64,000 nt of DNA from a virus (lineage: Duplodnaviria > Heunggongvirae > Uroviricota > Caudoviricetes). Both the position numbers and the translations under genes were made by a program. Numbering within the stretch: the stretch's first letter is position 1; every line of letters starts with the position of its first letter. This document shows positions 15,424-25,171 of the stretch, piece by piece. The notes under the pieces are model-generated. The model made no database searches. It saw only the letters and a list, made by a program, of their open reading frames with translations, and was not told the origin of the DNA. The stretch lies in IMG/VR virus record IMGVR_UViG_3300036951_000304; one strand, written 5' to 3'.

Positions 15424-15621
15424 ATGATACATCAGGTCTTGACATTGAGCGCATGGAGTTTCGCCACGGTTATTTCTTCATTCCTCTTCCTGTATGTAGG
15501 AATGTGGATTGACAAGGCTCTACAGATGGAACCCACCTTCACTATCGGTCTGTTTGTCCTCGGCGCCTTCCTCTGTATCGGTAGATTGTACAGGGAAGCG
15601 TGGGAAAAACGCAACAGATAG
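15424..15621 (+). CDS. small membrane protein
   Basis: two predicted TM helices; RBS aaaggagc before Met at 15424. Confidence 0.45.
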   Translation: MIHQVLTLSAWSFATVISSFLFLYVGMWIDKALQMEPTFTIGLFVLGAFLCIGRLYREAWEKRNR

Positions 15622-15625
15622 TTTC

Positions 15626-15654
15626 TTTACAAATTACTGAAAATATGGTATAAT
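15626..15654 (+). promoter_or_regulatory. sigma70-like promoter with extended -10
   Basis: TTTACA-17 bp (ending TGG)-TATAAT. Confidence 0.65.
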
Positions 15655-15700
15655 AATCCTATAAATATGGGTATGAAAGTATCCGTGTTTAGGGATTATT

Positions 15701-16087
15701 TTGCGTATGTCAAAAAGAGATAAGTACCTGGCAAAGGCTATGGGCCTTTGCTGGCACGAACCAGTTACAATGATAATAGACGGTCAGATGTTCTACATCT
15801 GCAAGCATTGTGGTATGATGCCCGTATTCAGACCGGATAAGTTCATTACCCCGAACTTTTCCGAATGGTTATGGTTTGAATATCTCCACGAATGGACAAG
15901 GAAAAACCCCTACTTTATGGAGTTATTTCTGTCAGAATTTAGCCCCTATAATACTGGTCATATTCTTTCCCCCGATTTATATGCCGATCTGGTGTACAAT
16001 TTCCTTGTTCAGAAAGAACAGGAACAGCAACAGACATTTTTCGATAAAATTAAAAATAAAATTGGACTTGGTAATGAAAAAGATTGA
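15701..16087 (+). CDS. hypothetical protein
   Basis: 128-aa ORF downstream of promoter; CKHCG motif. Confidence 0.45.
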   Translation: MRMSKRDKYLAKAMGLCWHEPVTMIIDGQMFYICKHCGMMPVFRPDKFITPNFSEWLWFEYLHEWTRKNPYFMELFLSEFSPYNTGHILSPDLYADLVYNFLVQKEQEQQQTFFDKIKNKIGLGNEKD

Positions 16088-16385
16088 AATTGTTAGCCCG
16101 GAAGAAATACACAGTCTGGCTGTGGAAAAGGGATGGTGGGATCAGGACAGACCGATACCAGAATTATTATGTCTTTTACATAGTGAAATATCTGAGGCAC
16201 TCGAAGCATACAGGAACAAGATACCGGAAGGGGAGAGTGGCTGTTTGAGTGAGGAACTTTCGGATTTGGTTATCCGTATATGGGATATGTGTGGAGCGCT
16301 TGGTATAGATATATCGGAAAGTGTCGAAAAGAAACATAAATATAATATGACACGACCATATCGCCACGGAGGTAAGACTTGCTGA
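16074..16385 (+). CDS. MazG-like nucleotide pyrophosphohydrolase
   Basis: EISEALEAYRN and ELSDLVIRIWDMC helices typical of all-alpha NTP-PPase (MazG/HisE) fold. Confidence 0.5.
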   Translation: MKKIEIVSPEEIHSLAVEKGWWDQDRPIPELLCLLHSEISEALEAYRNKIPEGESGCLSEELSDLVIRIWDMCGALGIDISESVEKKHKYNMTRPYRHGGKTC

Positions 16386-16693
16386 TGAAAAAGATTGATA
16401 AAACAATAGAAAAGTATATTACAGAAGGTTCGTCATATACTGCGGACAAAATTGGTCACGATACATACGAGATTGAAGGAAACAAAGAACTTACAGATGC
16501 GATAATTTCTGCATACGAAGAAAATCCTAAGAGTGACGAGTTCAAATATATCAAGAAATTTGTAAAAGCACAGGGCGGCAAAAGAATAGTTTTGAAATTT
16601 GATACGGAAGAATACGGTAAACTTAAAGGCGGCCCACCAAATCTTACGATGAGCAAAGTTGTAAATAAGATTATAAAGAAATATTACACCTAA
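16379..16693 (+). CDS. hypothetical protein
   Basis: 104-aa ORF. Confidence 0.45.
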   Translation: MLMKKIDKTIEKYITEGSSYTADKIGHDTYEIEGNKELTDAIISAYEENPKSDEFKYIKKFVKAQGGKRIVLKFDTEEYGKLKGGPPNLTMSKVVNKIIKKYYT

Positions 16694-16719
16694 AAAGAAT
16701 AATCCAGATGTGAGGGCTA

Positions 16720-17406
16720 ATGGAAACAATTGTGTTTTGTGTGCCGGGAAAACAGTTCAGCTACCGATTTATGAGAAGCTGGACTAATACGATAATAGAA
16801 TGTCGTAAACAGGAAATGCCCTTTATTGTCAATTGGGCAACCGGAGCAAATGTGTATCAGGTGAGAAATCAATGTTTAGGCGCCAAACCTGAATTGGGGC
16901 CCAATCAGAAGCCTTTTCAGGGTCAATTCAAATACGACTACATAATGTGGTTTGATAGCGATCAGGAATGGAGAGTAAAGGATTTCAATGCCCTGCTACA
17001 AATTATGAGGGAAAGGCCAGAAATAAAGGCATTGACAGCTGTTTATCCAAGAGTGGCGGAAGATAGGTCTGATGTGTCTACAATTTGTAGTATTACAAAA
17101 CATCCAAACGGTATTATAAGCCAGAGGCTCCTCACGGCAGCTGAGGTAGATGAATTACCGGAACTGGGAAAAGTTGATGCCTCCGGCCTCGGTTTCTGTA
17201 TAATGAGATCCGGTGTAATAGAAAGCATAGACTATCCTTGGTTTATGCCGGTATTTTCAATTGATAAAAAGATTAGAAAACCCGTGTTCTTTATGTCGGA
17301 GGATATGGCACTCTTTGTAAGACTGAAAGAAGCTGGAATTGATTTGTGGTGTGCATCGAAAATCAGGATAGGTCACGAAAAGGAAAAAACATATTATTTG
17401 AAATGA
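16720..17406 (+). CDS. putative GT-A fold glycosyltransferase-like protein
   Basis: N-terminal Rossmann-like region and DSD (DxD-like) motif MWFDSDQEW; weak. Confidence 0.35.
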   Translation: METIVFCVPGKQFSYRFMRSWTNTIIECRKQEMPFIVNWATGANVYQVRNQCLGAKPELGPNQKPFQGQFKYDYIMWFDSDQEWRVKDFNALLQIMRERPEIKALTAVYPRVAEDRSDVSTICSITKHPNGIISQRLLTAAEVDELPELGKVDASGLGFCIMRSGVIESIDYPWFMPVFSIDKKIRKPVFFMSEDMALFVRLKEAGIDLWCASKIRIGHEKEKTYYLK

Positions 17407-17687
17407 AAATAAGAGAGTACCTAACAGAGGATAGCCACGGTTTTTGCCGTTCAATGAAAAGCGGTGTATTGGAACGGGTTAAAGAGGTTCTCGGTAAAGA
17501 AGATATAAAGAAAGCCTGGGTTCACGGCACCAAAATGGGTTCCAGAAAGATGTGGCAATTTCATTTCAAGGATTATAATTGGTATGGACAAGCCGATTGC
17601 TCCGCTGACGCTTACTATCAGGGGTGGAAATCTTGGTTAGAATCGGAAGAAACGGGTGGTAGAAAATATAAGGAGAAGAAAAAATGA
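17403..17687 (+). CDS. hypothetical protein
   Basis: ATGA overlap with upstream gene; start set at MKIREYL. Confidence 0.45.
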   Translation: MKIREYLTEDSHGFCRSMKSGVLERVKEVLGKEDIKKAWVHGTKMGSRKMWQFHFKDYNWYGQADCSADAYYQGWKSWLESEETGGRKYKEKKK

Positions 17688-17929
17688 AGTGGAGGAAATA
17701 CATCGGGGATTATTTTTTTGAAAAGTTCTTGACAGAGGCCGAGAAGGAAGGTCTTTCTCCAAAAGACGAGGGATTTTTCGATGCGTGTGTTCGAAGAATG
17801 AAGGGTAAAGTCGATGATCCCGAAGCATACTGTGCATCAATCAAAGATACGGCGTGGAAATCTACTTTTTGGAGAGGAAAAGGTAAAACAAGAAAAGAGG
17901 CAGAAAAGGCGGTAGCTAAAAACGACTAA
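17684..17929 (+). CDS. hypothetical protein
   Basis: 81-aa ORF, ATGA overlap. Confidence 0.45.
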   Translation: MKWRKYIGDYFFEKFLTEAEKEGLSPKDEGFFDACVRRMKGKVDDPEAYCASIKDTAWKSTFWRGKGKTRKEAEKAVAKND

Positions 17930-17935
17930 GGAGAT

Positions 17936-18091
17936 ATGTCTGACACAACGATTGCCGCTATCGTTTGGGTCATAATGATGGTATTTTTTACCTCAACACT
18001 TGTAACGGCAAGGCTTATAATAAAGGGAAAGCCGATACCCAAGATATTAAAAATTGTTTTTGATATAAAAGATGATAAGGAGAATGAATGA
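17936..18091 (+). CDS. small membrane peptide (51 aa)
   Basis: RBS aaggagatATG; single TM helix IVWVIMMVFFTSTLV. Confidence 0.3.
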   Translation: MSDTTIAAIVWVIMMVFFTSTLVTARLIIKGKPIPKILKIVFDIKDDKENE

Positions 18092-18525
18092 ATATGTTAT
18101 TGAAAGATGACGATGAAAGTACCGTCATCAATGGAAAAAGAATTTGTATTGATTTTGACGGTGTTATACACAAATATTCGAGGAAATACCACGACGGCTC
18201 AATATATGATAGACCAACAGAAGGAGTACGGGAATTTCTATTGAAGCTCAAAGATATGGGCTATTGTATATTTGTGCATACATCCAGACCCCTCGCCTCG
18301 GACAATCCGGAAGGCGCCATCAGATTGATGGAGAAATGGCTCAAGAGGTGGAAAATCCCTTATGACTTTATCACAATGATAAAGGTTCCAGCAAACGCCT
18401 ATATCGATGATAGGGCAATCAGGTTCACGGGTGATTGGAATTATGTAATGAAAGAGCTGGATGACATAGAAGATATAAATAAAGATGAAGGGGAATGGGA
18501 ATACTACCATAAGGAAATTGTATGA
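18088..18525 (+). CDS. HAD-like phosphatase (possible nucleotidase)
   Basis: HAD motif I ICIDFDGVI; 145 aa. Confidence 0.5.
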   Translation: MNMLLKDDDESTVINGKRICIDFDGVIHKYSRKYHDGSIYDRPTEGVREFLLKLKDMGYCIFVHTSRPLASDNPEGAIRLMEKWLKRWKIPYDFITMIKVPANAYIDDRAIRFTGDWNYVMKELDDIEDINKDEGEWEYYHKEIV

Positions 18526-19046
18526 AAGGTGGTGCATTTGAACGTGAGATAGCAAAGTTTCTCACGGTCTGGTTAACTGGTAAGGAAAAACCATATGTCT
18601 TTTGGAGAACCCCGTCATCGGGTGGGATGGCAACGATATCGGAGTTGAATAAGGAAATATCCGGAGATATTATAGCCATCAGACCAGAGGGAGCATTTTT
18701 TACTGACAGATTTAGTGTGGAATTGAAAACAGGATATCCAAAAGCCAGTTTTCATCAGCATTTGAAGGATAACAAGAATTTTGATATAGAGAAATTCTGG
18801 CTGCAATGTGTAGAGGCTGCCACCAAGGCCGAGAAGAAACCGATGCTAATATACAGGAAGCTTGGTTTTCCGATTATTGTGGGCATCAACTGTAATACGA
18901 GATTTCAATTGAAGGAAGTTGTGAAGGTGGATTTACCAAAATCTGTCCATCTTCTTTTTGAGAGTGAAACACCCTCGATTGCTTTTTATGATATGAAATC
19001 ATTTTTTGAATTGACTACACCGGATATTATAAGACAGATAATATGA
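18522..19046 (+). CDS. Hjc-like Holliday junction resolvase / PD-(D/E)xK nuclease
   Basis: KGGAFEREIAKFL, SSGG, DIIAIRPEG, VELK match Hjc motifs G..ERE, SAGS, DLVA, IEVK. Confidence 0.55.
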   Translation: MKGGAFEREIAKFLTVWLTGKEKPYVFWRTPSSGGMATISELNKEISGDIIAIRPEGAFFTDRFSVELKTGYPKASFHQHLKDNKNFDIEKFWLQCVEAATKAEKKPMLIYRKLGFPIIVGINCNTRFQLKEVVKVDLPKSVHLLFESETPSIAFYDMKSFFELTTPDIIRQII

Positions 19047-19423
19047 GATTAAAACTTACAAGCTCACAATTCGCAGATTTTGTTTCTACTTTCTTCTATG
19101 ATAGATTAACAAATGAAAATGTTGTTCCTTATCAAGTAAATGAAGAATTTGACGATCTCATAGAGGTTTTGAGGAGAAAAGGATGCAGGCAAGTATTTTT
19201 GGCATACTACCTCCGAATGAACCCACAAATAAGAGTAAAATACAGAATGGGAAGATCCACTTTCGAATTGGGGAAAGGAAGGGGAAGTCTTTTATTAGAA
19301 ATTGTTCCAGATGAAATACCAGTAGAAATGAAACCAGTAGGTATCATAAAAAAAGTTGGAAGGCTATTAAAAAAATTCCTCACAGGAGAATTTACAGAGG
19401 AAGAAACAAAGAAAAGAATGTAG
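19043..19423 (+). CDS. hypothetical protein
   Basis: 126-aa ORF. Confidence 0.45.
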   Translation: MRLKLTSSQFADFVSTFFYDRLTNENVVPYQVNEEFDDLIEVLRRKGCRQVFLAYYLRMNPQIRVKYRMGRSTFELGKGRGSLLLEIVPDEIPVEMKPVGIIKKVGRLLKKFLTGEFTEEETKKRM

Positions 19424-19432
19424 GAGGATTTT

Positions 19433-19744
19433 ATGCCCGGAGAATTTATGGGTCAGGAAACAGTATCCCCTGAACAAACGGCGCAACAGGATACAAAGTT
19501 TGATGGAAAAATGGAGCAAGTTCCAATTCCAGATATTGAGGGATTGTCAGCTGACGGTATCAACCAGAGAGACAATCTACCCATTTTCAATGTTGACAAG
19601 GACGAATTTTACCAGAATATGTCACACGGTAGAAGAAGAATAAGATTTAAGTCTGGCTCGTCCGCTCAGCAATTTATGAAAAAATCAAGATACAATAAGT
19701 CGTTTTATATTAAACACGGGGATTACATTCGTAAAATTAAATGA
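19433..19744 (+). CDS. hypothetical protein
   Basis: RBS aggaggattttATG. Confidence 0.5.
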   Translation: MPGEFMGQETVSPEQTAQQDTKFDGKMEQVPIPDIEGLSADGINQRDNLPIFNVDKDEFYQNMSHGRRRIRFKSGSSAQQFMKKSRYNKSFYIKHGDYIRKIK

Positions 19745-19935
19745 ACGAGATAAATAAAAAGGGATTAGCTAAAGCATTGAAAGGTCTGATGACTGCTATA
19801 ATATGTTTGGCTAAAATATGTGACACCATCGTTCATAACAGAACAAAAAGCAGGGGATCAGATACGGCACACGAAATCGAAAATCACATCAAGAAAATAT
19901 TCGTGGAATACGGGCTGTCCAAAGAGGAAAAATGA
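19741..19935 (+). CDS. hypothetical protein
   Basis: 64-aa ORF, ATGA overlap. Confidence 0.4.
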   Translation: MNEINKKGLAKALKGLMTAIICLAKICDTIVHNRTKSRGSDTAHEIENHIKKIFVEYGLSKEEK

Positions 19936-20213
19936 AATACAGAGCGTTTCTTACGCTCCAAGAAGCAGTATATGCCGGGAACATTGGCTTCTCGGAGATG
20001 GTAAGATTTTATAAAAACGCATCCAATAGTGAAATCGAGGAAATGGAAAAATATGTTTCCAACGGGAACTGGCGTGGCTTCAAGGCTCTCATCAAAAGGG
20101 TCATCGGTATAGAATTGGAAGAAGGACAAAATGTTCAACTGGGTTATGCGGGGGATACAAAAATTTTCTTGGGTGGAAAAGGATGGAAAGACGAGGACGA
20201 TGAGGAGGAATAA
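19932..20213 (+). CDS. hypothetical protein
   Basis: 93-aa ORF, acidic C-terminus. Confidence 0.45.
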   Translation: MKYRAFLTLQEAVYAGNIGFSEMVRFYKNASNSEIEEMEKYVSNGNWRGFKALIKRVIGIELEEGQNVQLGYAGDTKIFLGGKGWKDEDDEEE

Positions 20214-20465
20214 ATGAGTAAAGTAAGACAATACCTGACAGAAAGCAAAGGCCTGGCAAAATACTATACAAATGTTCTTGATGATATTATCGGCTCCTTT
20301 GATGAGATAATTTCCAGTATGAGAGTTGAAACGCCCAAATATCTCGAAGATAAAGACTTGAAAGATGTGGAGAAGAAAATCAAAAATATAGAAAAATATA
20401 TTGATACAATCATCGCCGAAATGAATAATATAACGGATCTCATCGCCAAGGGAGAAAGAAAATGA
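20214..20465 (+). CDS. paralog family member 1 (MSKVRQYLTESKG)
   Basis: N-terminus shared with next two ORFs. Confidence 0.5.
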   Translation: MSKVRQYLTESKGLAKYYTNVLDDIIGSFDEIISSMRVETPKYLEDKDLKDVEKKIKNIEKYIDTIIAEMNNITDLIAKGERK

Positions 20466-20704
20466 CAAAGGTAAGAAAAATTCTTACGGAAGATCGGGGA
20501 ACAGCAAAACATCTCTTCAAAGAATTCGGTGTTATGATAACTCAAATTTATGAGACAATAGAGGACGCTGGAATTTCAATAAACGAAATTCCACCAGCAT
20601 ATAAACATCAGGCAGATGAATATATGAAAGATTTGAGAAGAGCCGCAGGCCAAATAGAAAAGGCCTGTGACAGGATAGTAGAAATAATAGCCAAGGCGGA
20701 ATAA
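20462..20704 (+). CDS. paralog family member 2 (MTKVRKILTEDRG)
   Basis: tandem paralog. Confidence 0.5.
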   Translation: MTKVRKILTEDRGTAKHLFKEFGVMITQIYETIEDAGISINEIPPAYKHQADEYMKDLRRAAGQIEKACDRIVEIIAKAE

Positions 20705-20708
20705 TAAA

Positions 20709-20948
20709 ATGACAAAAATCAGAAAAGTATTGACAGAAGATGTTCCAATTATGGACAAAATAGAATTTTTGGAAGAATTTATGAACGATCTTGAAGATAG
20801 CGTAGATAATATACTCTTCCGCGCCGCAGAATCAAAACAAATGCTTAGGACAGCAGAATGGAAAGAATTTGAGAGGACAATGAATAAAGCCATTGCCGAT
20901 TTCTGGAAGCCTCTTGAAGATCTTGAAAAGAAGTGGAATAAGAAATAG
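20709..20948 (+). CDS. paralog family member 3 (MTKIRKVLTEDVP)
   Basis: tandem paralog. Confidence 0.5.
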   Translation: MTKIRKVLTEDVPIMDKIEFLEEFMNDLEDSVDNILFRAAESKQMLRTAEWKEFERTMNKAIADFWKPLEDLEKKWNKK

Positions 20949-20970
20949 ATAAATAATTATAAAGGAATTT

Positions 20971-21843
20971 GTGATGAAAATAAATGTTTTTGATTTCAAC
21001 AATCTCGCCATCCGTATCTTCTTCTTGAAGATGATCGGAGCACACTCACCACATCCAGATTATCAATTATGGAAATATTTGATATTCGACAATATTGTAA
21101 AATCTCTTGTCAGAAACCTTGATACAAGAGAAGTCATTCTCGCGGTAGATTACAAGAATTCTTGGAGAAAGCAATACTGGTCAGGTTATAAGCGTTCCAG
21201 AAAATCCGTGAGAGATAAAAGTGGTGTTGATTGGGATGGCTTCCATCTCGAATTGGACAGATATATTGGTGAGATAAAAAACCATTTACCATTCAAGGTT
21301 ATCAAGATAAGGTCTGCGGAGGCCGATGATATTATTGGTGTCATCTGCCTAAAACACCCCGAAAACCAGTATGTCATTATATCTACTGATGAGGATTATT
21401 CACAACTCTGTTCAAAAAATGTAAAGATTTACAATCCCCTCAAAAAAGGATTTGTGAAGTGTGATAATATCGAGAATTTCATAGTAGAAAAATGTTTACT
21501 TGGTCAGAGAAAAGATGATATTCCGAACATAAAGACACCTCTGGATTGGCCAGCAAATATCCGCCGGCCGGCCTTTGGAGATACCGCGGTGAAGAAAGTG
21601 ATGGAAGAAGGATACCAAAAATGGTTGAAGAAAAACAAGTTGGAAAAAAGATTTCGGGAAAATAAAATTCTCATTGATTTCAGAGAGATACCAAAAGTAA
21701 TTCAGCAACGAGTTTTGGAAGATTACCATAAATATCTTATGCCACCACCCGAACAATTATATGAATTTCTGGCTAAAAATAAGTTCAAATTATATCAGGA
21801 GAATTTCCACGACCTCGAAAAAAAGTTATTAAAATTATATTAG
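20971..21843 (+). CDS. RNase H / flap endonuclease (5'-3' exonuclease, T4 rnh-like)
   Basis: acidic clusters ILAVDYKNSW, AEADDIIGV, ISTDEDYSQL typical of FEN/53EXO metal sites. Confidence 0.6.
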   Translation: MMKINVFDFNNLAIRIFFLKMIGAHSPHPDYQLWKYLIFDNIVKSLVRNLDTREVILAVDYKNSWRKQYWSGYKRSRKSVRDKSGVDWDGFHLELDRYIGEIKNHLPFKVIKIRSAEADDIIGVICLKHPENQYVIISTDEDYSQLCSKNVKIYNPLKKGFVKCDNIENFIVEKCLLGQRKDDIPNIKTPLDWPANIRRPAFGDTAVKKVMEEGYQKWLKKNKLEKRFRENKILIDFREIPKVIQQRVLEDYHKYLMPPPEQLYEFLAKNKFKLYQENFHDLEKKLLKLY

Positions 21844-21851
21844 GTGTTAAA

Positions 21852-22115
21852 ATGTTTGATGATATTCTGAAAAACAAAGATAAAATGAAGGATAAGAAAA
21901 TCAATCTCCTTAAAAAGGACAAAGATGCTCTTACTGCAGAGGAAGTTATTTTTCTAATGGGTATGTGCTTTGAGGATGTATATGAGGAACACACGATGAA
22001 GGCGACCTCAAAGGATAATTATGCAGGGAAACTTGAGAATTTGATATTGGACGCCCTAATCAGAGCAGATTACACTTTTCAATCCATTCTCGGAGGCCCC
22101 AACAATAGACCGTGA
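21852..22115 (+). CDS. hypothetical protein
   Basis: 87-aa ORF. Confidence 0.4.
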   Translation: MFDDILKNKDKMKDKKINLLKKDKDALTAEEVIFLMGMCFEDVYEEHTMKATSKDNYAGKLENLILDALIRADYTFQSILGGPNNRP

Positions 22116-22366
22116 GGAGGCTAACAATGACGCTGTATGTGGTTATAAACGAAGCGGAAAGGACGAGGTTTGAGAAAGAGACACATCTTCCATATGGATA
22201 TGGAAATTCAGATGTCTACATAACAAATGATTATTTCAACGCACAATCTTATTACAATATAATACCATATCATATAAAACCAGAATATATTATCGAAAAG
22301 ATAGAATACGGTGTGGCGGAAAAAATATTTCCTGTTATACCGTTTACCAATAATGATCTTCATTGA
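22112..22366 (+). CDS. hypothetical protein
   Basis: 84-aa ORF, RBS gaggaggctaacaATG. Confidence 0.45.
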   Translation: MRRLTMTLYVVINEAERTRFEKETHLPYGYGNSDVYITNDYFNAQSYYNIIPYHIKPEYIIEKIEYGVAEKIFPVIPFTNNDLH

Positions 22367-22378
22367 GAGGGTAAATAA

Positions 22379-24598
22379 ATGTTATCGGAAAACGCAAAAA
22401 AGATAATAAAAGACTTATACAGTCTCAACGGAGAAAGCATAGACGATGTATTCAAACGGGTGGCAAAAGAATTCGCTACCAATGACACAGAGCTAAATCA
22501 AGCATATAAACTTCAAAAAGAAAATGTCTGGCGTCCGAATACACCAGTATATTTCAATGCGGGTTCAGACCATCCGATGTTTTCGGCTTGTTGGGTTGTG
22601 GGTCTGGAAGATACGATGAACAGTATCTATGACATTGCAAATGTTGCAAGGAGAATTTTCCAACACGGTGCTGGCATCGGTATTCCAATAGGAAATTTGA
22701 GAGCAAGAGATGCCCACATCTATGAAGGAAAACCGGATGCCCCACCAACAGGTAAATCATCCGGGCCCATCAGCTTTATGAAACTTTATGATGCTGTAGG
22801 TGAAACAACAAAAAGTGGAGGCAGAGCAAGACGAGCAGCTATATTATGTTGTATGCCGGTTTGGCACCCCGACATTATGGAGTTCATTACCTGTAAAGAA
22901 ATTGACGGACGGCTCAGCAATATGAACATCTCTGTTTCTATTACAGACGGTTTTATGAAATCGCTGGAACAGAATACACCGTATCAATTGGTAAGCCCGG
23001 CAGATGGGATAATGACGGGAGAAGTCATTCCATCAGAAGTGTGGGATAAACTGGCAGAAATGGCGTGGAAAAGTGCTGAGCCGGGCGTATTGTTTATTGA
23101 CACTATAAATGAGGACAACCCACTCCGAAAAATTACTCTTGTGGAAAGTACAAATCCCTGTGGTGAACAACCACTTTGGCCCTTCACTTCCTGTAACCTG
23201 AGTTCCATCAATGTAGCAAAATTCTGTAAAGACGGAAAATTTGATTTTGACGCCCTATATAAGGTATCTTATGATGTAATGGGGTTGATGGATAATATCA
23301 TTGATAAAATGTCATTCCCCGATGAAAGATTCAGGGTCAATGTATTGAAATATCGTCCTGTAGGTATAGGTATAATGGGTCTGTCAGATGCAATGTTTGA
23401 ACTCGACATAAAATATGATAGTAACGAAGGAATACAATTTGCTGCCGACATAATGAAAACAATAACAACCGCCTGTGTAGAAAAGAGTGTGGAGCTGGCA
23501 GCCAAAAAGGGCAAGTTCGAAAACTACGACCTCGTAAAAGAGGATGTGGAGAGAATTGTGTCAGACCACATAGGCGGAAATGAAAAGGTAATGGCGAAAG
23601 TGAAAAAACACGGATTGAGAAATGTCCAGTTTACTACTTGCCCCCCAACCGGAACAACCGCACTCACAGCAGATGCTTCCTACGGAATTGAACCATCTTT
23701 TGGACTTGTCTTTCAGAAAACCCTCGTTGAAACCGGAGAAAAAATCAACATCATAAATCCCGTATTCAAAAAAAGGTTTGAAAAAGAAGAATGGTACAAC
23801 GAAACATTGATGGAGAAAATATCCGCAAACGGTGGCTCGTTGAAAGGATTACACGGTATCCCAAAGAAAGTGAGGGATGTATTTGTCACCGCCCACGATA
23901 TAAAGTATAAAGACCGTATAGATATGCAGGCGGGATTACAGAGACATTGCTCATCCGGAATATCCAGCACGGTAAACCTTCCGAATACTACGACCAAAGA
24001 AGAAATATCAGAACTATACAAATACGCGTATAATGAGGGTCTGAAGGGCATTACAATCTACAGGGATGGTTGCAGACAATCCCAACCGATTACCTTCAGT
24101 AAGGGTGGCATAGAAGTTCAATCCAATTTCAAAAGACCGTCCAAATTGCCCGGTCAGGTCTACACCATCGAAACCGGAAACGGAAAACTATATGTGACAA
24201 TTACATCCCACAATAACAGACCCATTGAAATCTTTATGTCAATGGGGAAATCCGGGCAACTGTTCAATGTTTTCGGTGAAGCCCTTGGAAGAGTGATATC
24301 CATTGCTTTACAACACGGGGTTCCATTGGATTCTGTTATAAAGACTATGAAAGGAATTTATTCTGAAAGAGCAACGTGGACAAGATTTGAAGAAACAGAC
24401 AATAAACCCGTCCAGATTTTGAGTATTCCGGATGCGTTAGCGAAATTACTGGAAAGATATTACCTCAACGATGGTAAGGAAGAAAAAGATGCCCATCTGG
24501 ATGATAGGCTATTCTGTACCAAATGTGGTACATATTCCGTTATTTTGGTTGAAGGATGTAAAACCTGCTTGAATTGTAGTGAATCTGCGTGCGCATAA
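22379..24598 (+). CDS. nrdJ: class II (adenosylcobalamin-type) ribonucleotide reductase, NrdJ-like
   Basis: 739 aa; active-site TNPCGEQPLWPFTSCNLSSINV (NPCGE + Cys pair), C-terminal Cys cluster CTKCG..CKTCLNC. Confidence 0.65.
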   Translation: MLSENAKKIIKDLYSLNGESIDDVFKRVAKEFATNDTELNQAYKLQKENVWRPNTPVYFNAGSDHPMFSACWVVGLEDTMNSIYDIANVARRIFQHGAGIGIPIGNLRARDAHIYEGKPDAPPTGKSSGPISFMKLYDAVGETTKSGGRARRAAILCCMPVWHPDIMEFITCKEIDGRLSNMNISVSITDGFMKSLEQNTPYQLVSPADGIMTGEVIPSEVWDKLAEMAWKSAEPGVLFIDTINEDNPLRKITLVESTNPCGEQPLWPFTSCNLSSINVAKFCKDGKFDFDALYKVSYDVMGLMDNIIDKMSFPDERFRVNVLKYRPVGIGIMGLSDAMFELDIKYDSNEGIQFAADIMKTITTACVEKSVELAAKKGKFENYDLVKEDVERIVSDHIGGNEKVMAKVKKHGLRNVQFTTCPPTGTTALTADASYGIEPSFGLVFQKTLVETGEKINIINPVFKKRFEKEEWYNETLMEKISANGGSLKGLHGIPKKVRDVFVTAHDIKYKDRIDMQAGLQRHCSSGISSTVNLPNTTTKEEISELYKYAYNEGLKGITIYRDGCRQSQPITFSKGGIEVQSNFKRPSKLPGQVYTIETGNGKLYVTITSHNNRPIEIFMSMGKSGQLFNVFGEALGRVISIALQHGVPLDSVIKTMKGIYSERATWTRFEETDNKPVQILSIPDALAKLLERYYLNDGKEEKDAHLDDRLFCTKCGTYSVILVEGCKTCLNCSESACA

Positions 24599-24602
24599 AC
24601 TG

Positions 24603-24630
24603 TTTACAAATCTTATAAATAGGCTATAAT
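24603..24630 (+). promoter_or_regulatory. sigma70-like promoter
   Basis: TTTACA-16 bp-TATAAT upstream of 24654. Confidence 0.5.
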
Positions 24631-24653
24631 AATAGGTAAAATAACTTGTGTGG

Positions 24654-25005
24654 AGCTAAATATATGAAGCGGAACCTGACACGGAAAACGGTAAAAGAAG
24701 ATTTTAAACCCGTTTTACCTTATCACGACGAGAAAATTTCAGAGATTGCAAGACAAATGGGAATAACACGGCAAGCCGCTTCTCAAACACTCAAAAGAGC
24801 CCTCAAAAAATTTTATTTTGGGGTTCAAAAACTTGATGAAACTTGGACACCTTTTCAAATCGCCCTTATAATGGCAAAAATGTTGAACCAAGATCATTCA
24901 ATAAAGGAAATGAGAAGCCTCATCCATTTGCTCCCGAAAGATATAAGATATCTCATCTGGAGCGATGCAATGAAAAGAATGCCAAACGCATTGATTGAAG
25001 AATGA
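24654..25005 (+). CDS. sigma-70 region-4-like HTH protein (putative transcription factor/sigma-like)
   Basis: ISEIARQMGITRQAASQTLKRALKKF resembles sigma region 4.2 HTH; paralog of 49318..49605. Confidence 0.5.
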
Positions 25006-25045
25006 ACGAAACAGAACAAAACATTTATCCAGCGTGTATAAACTG

Positions 25046-25125
25046 TTTTTACTGTAAAATCAAGAAGAGTACAGTATATTGTAAAAATGGCCACTTCAAA
25101 GAAACGAATGTGAAAAAGATTTTAC
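25046..25125. promoter_or_regulatory. three TACTGTA-type repeats upstream of primase
   Basis: tttactgtaaaatc, gtacagtatattg (inverted), tttactgtatacac. Confidence 0.35.
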
Positions 25126-25171
25126 TGTATACACCCATCAAATTTGAATGTGAAGATTTTGAAAGTATGGA

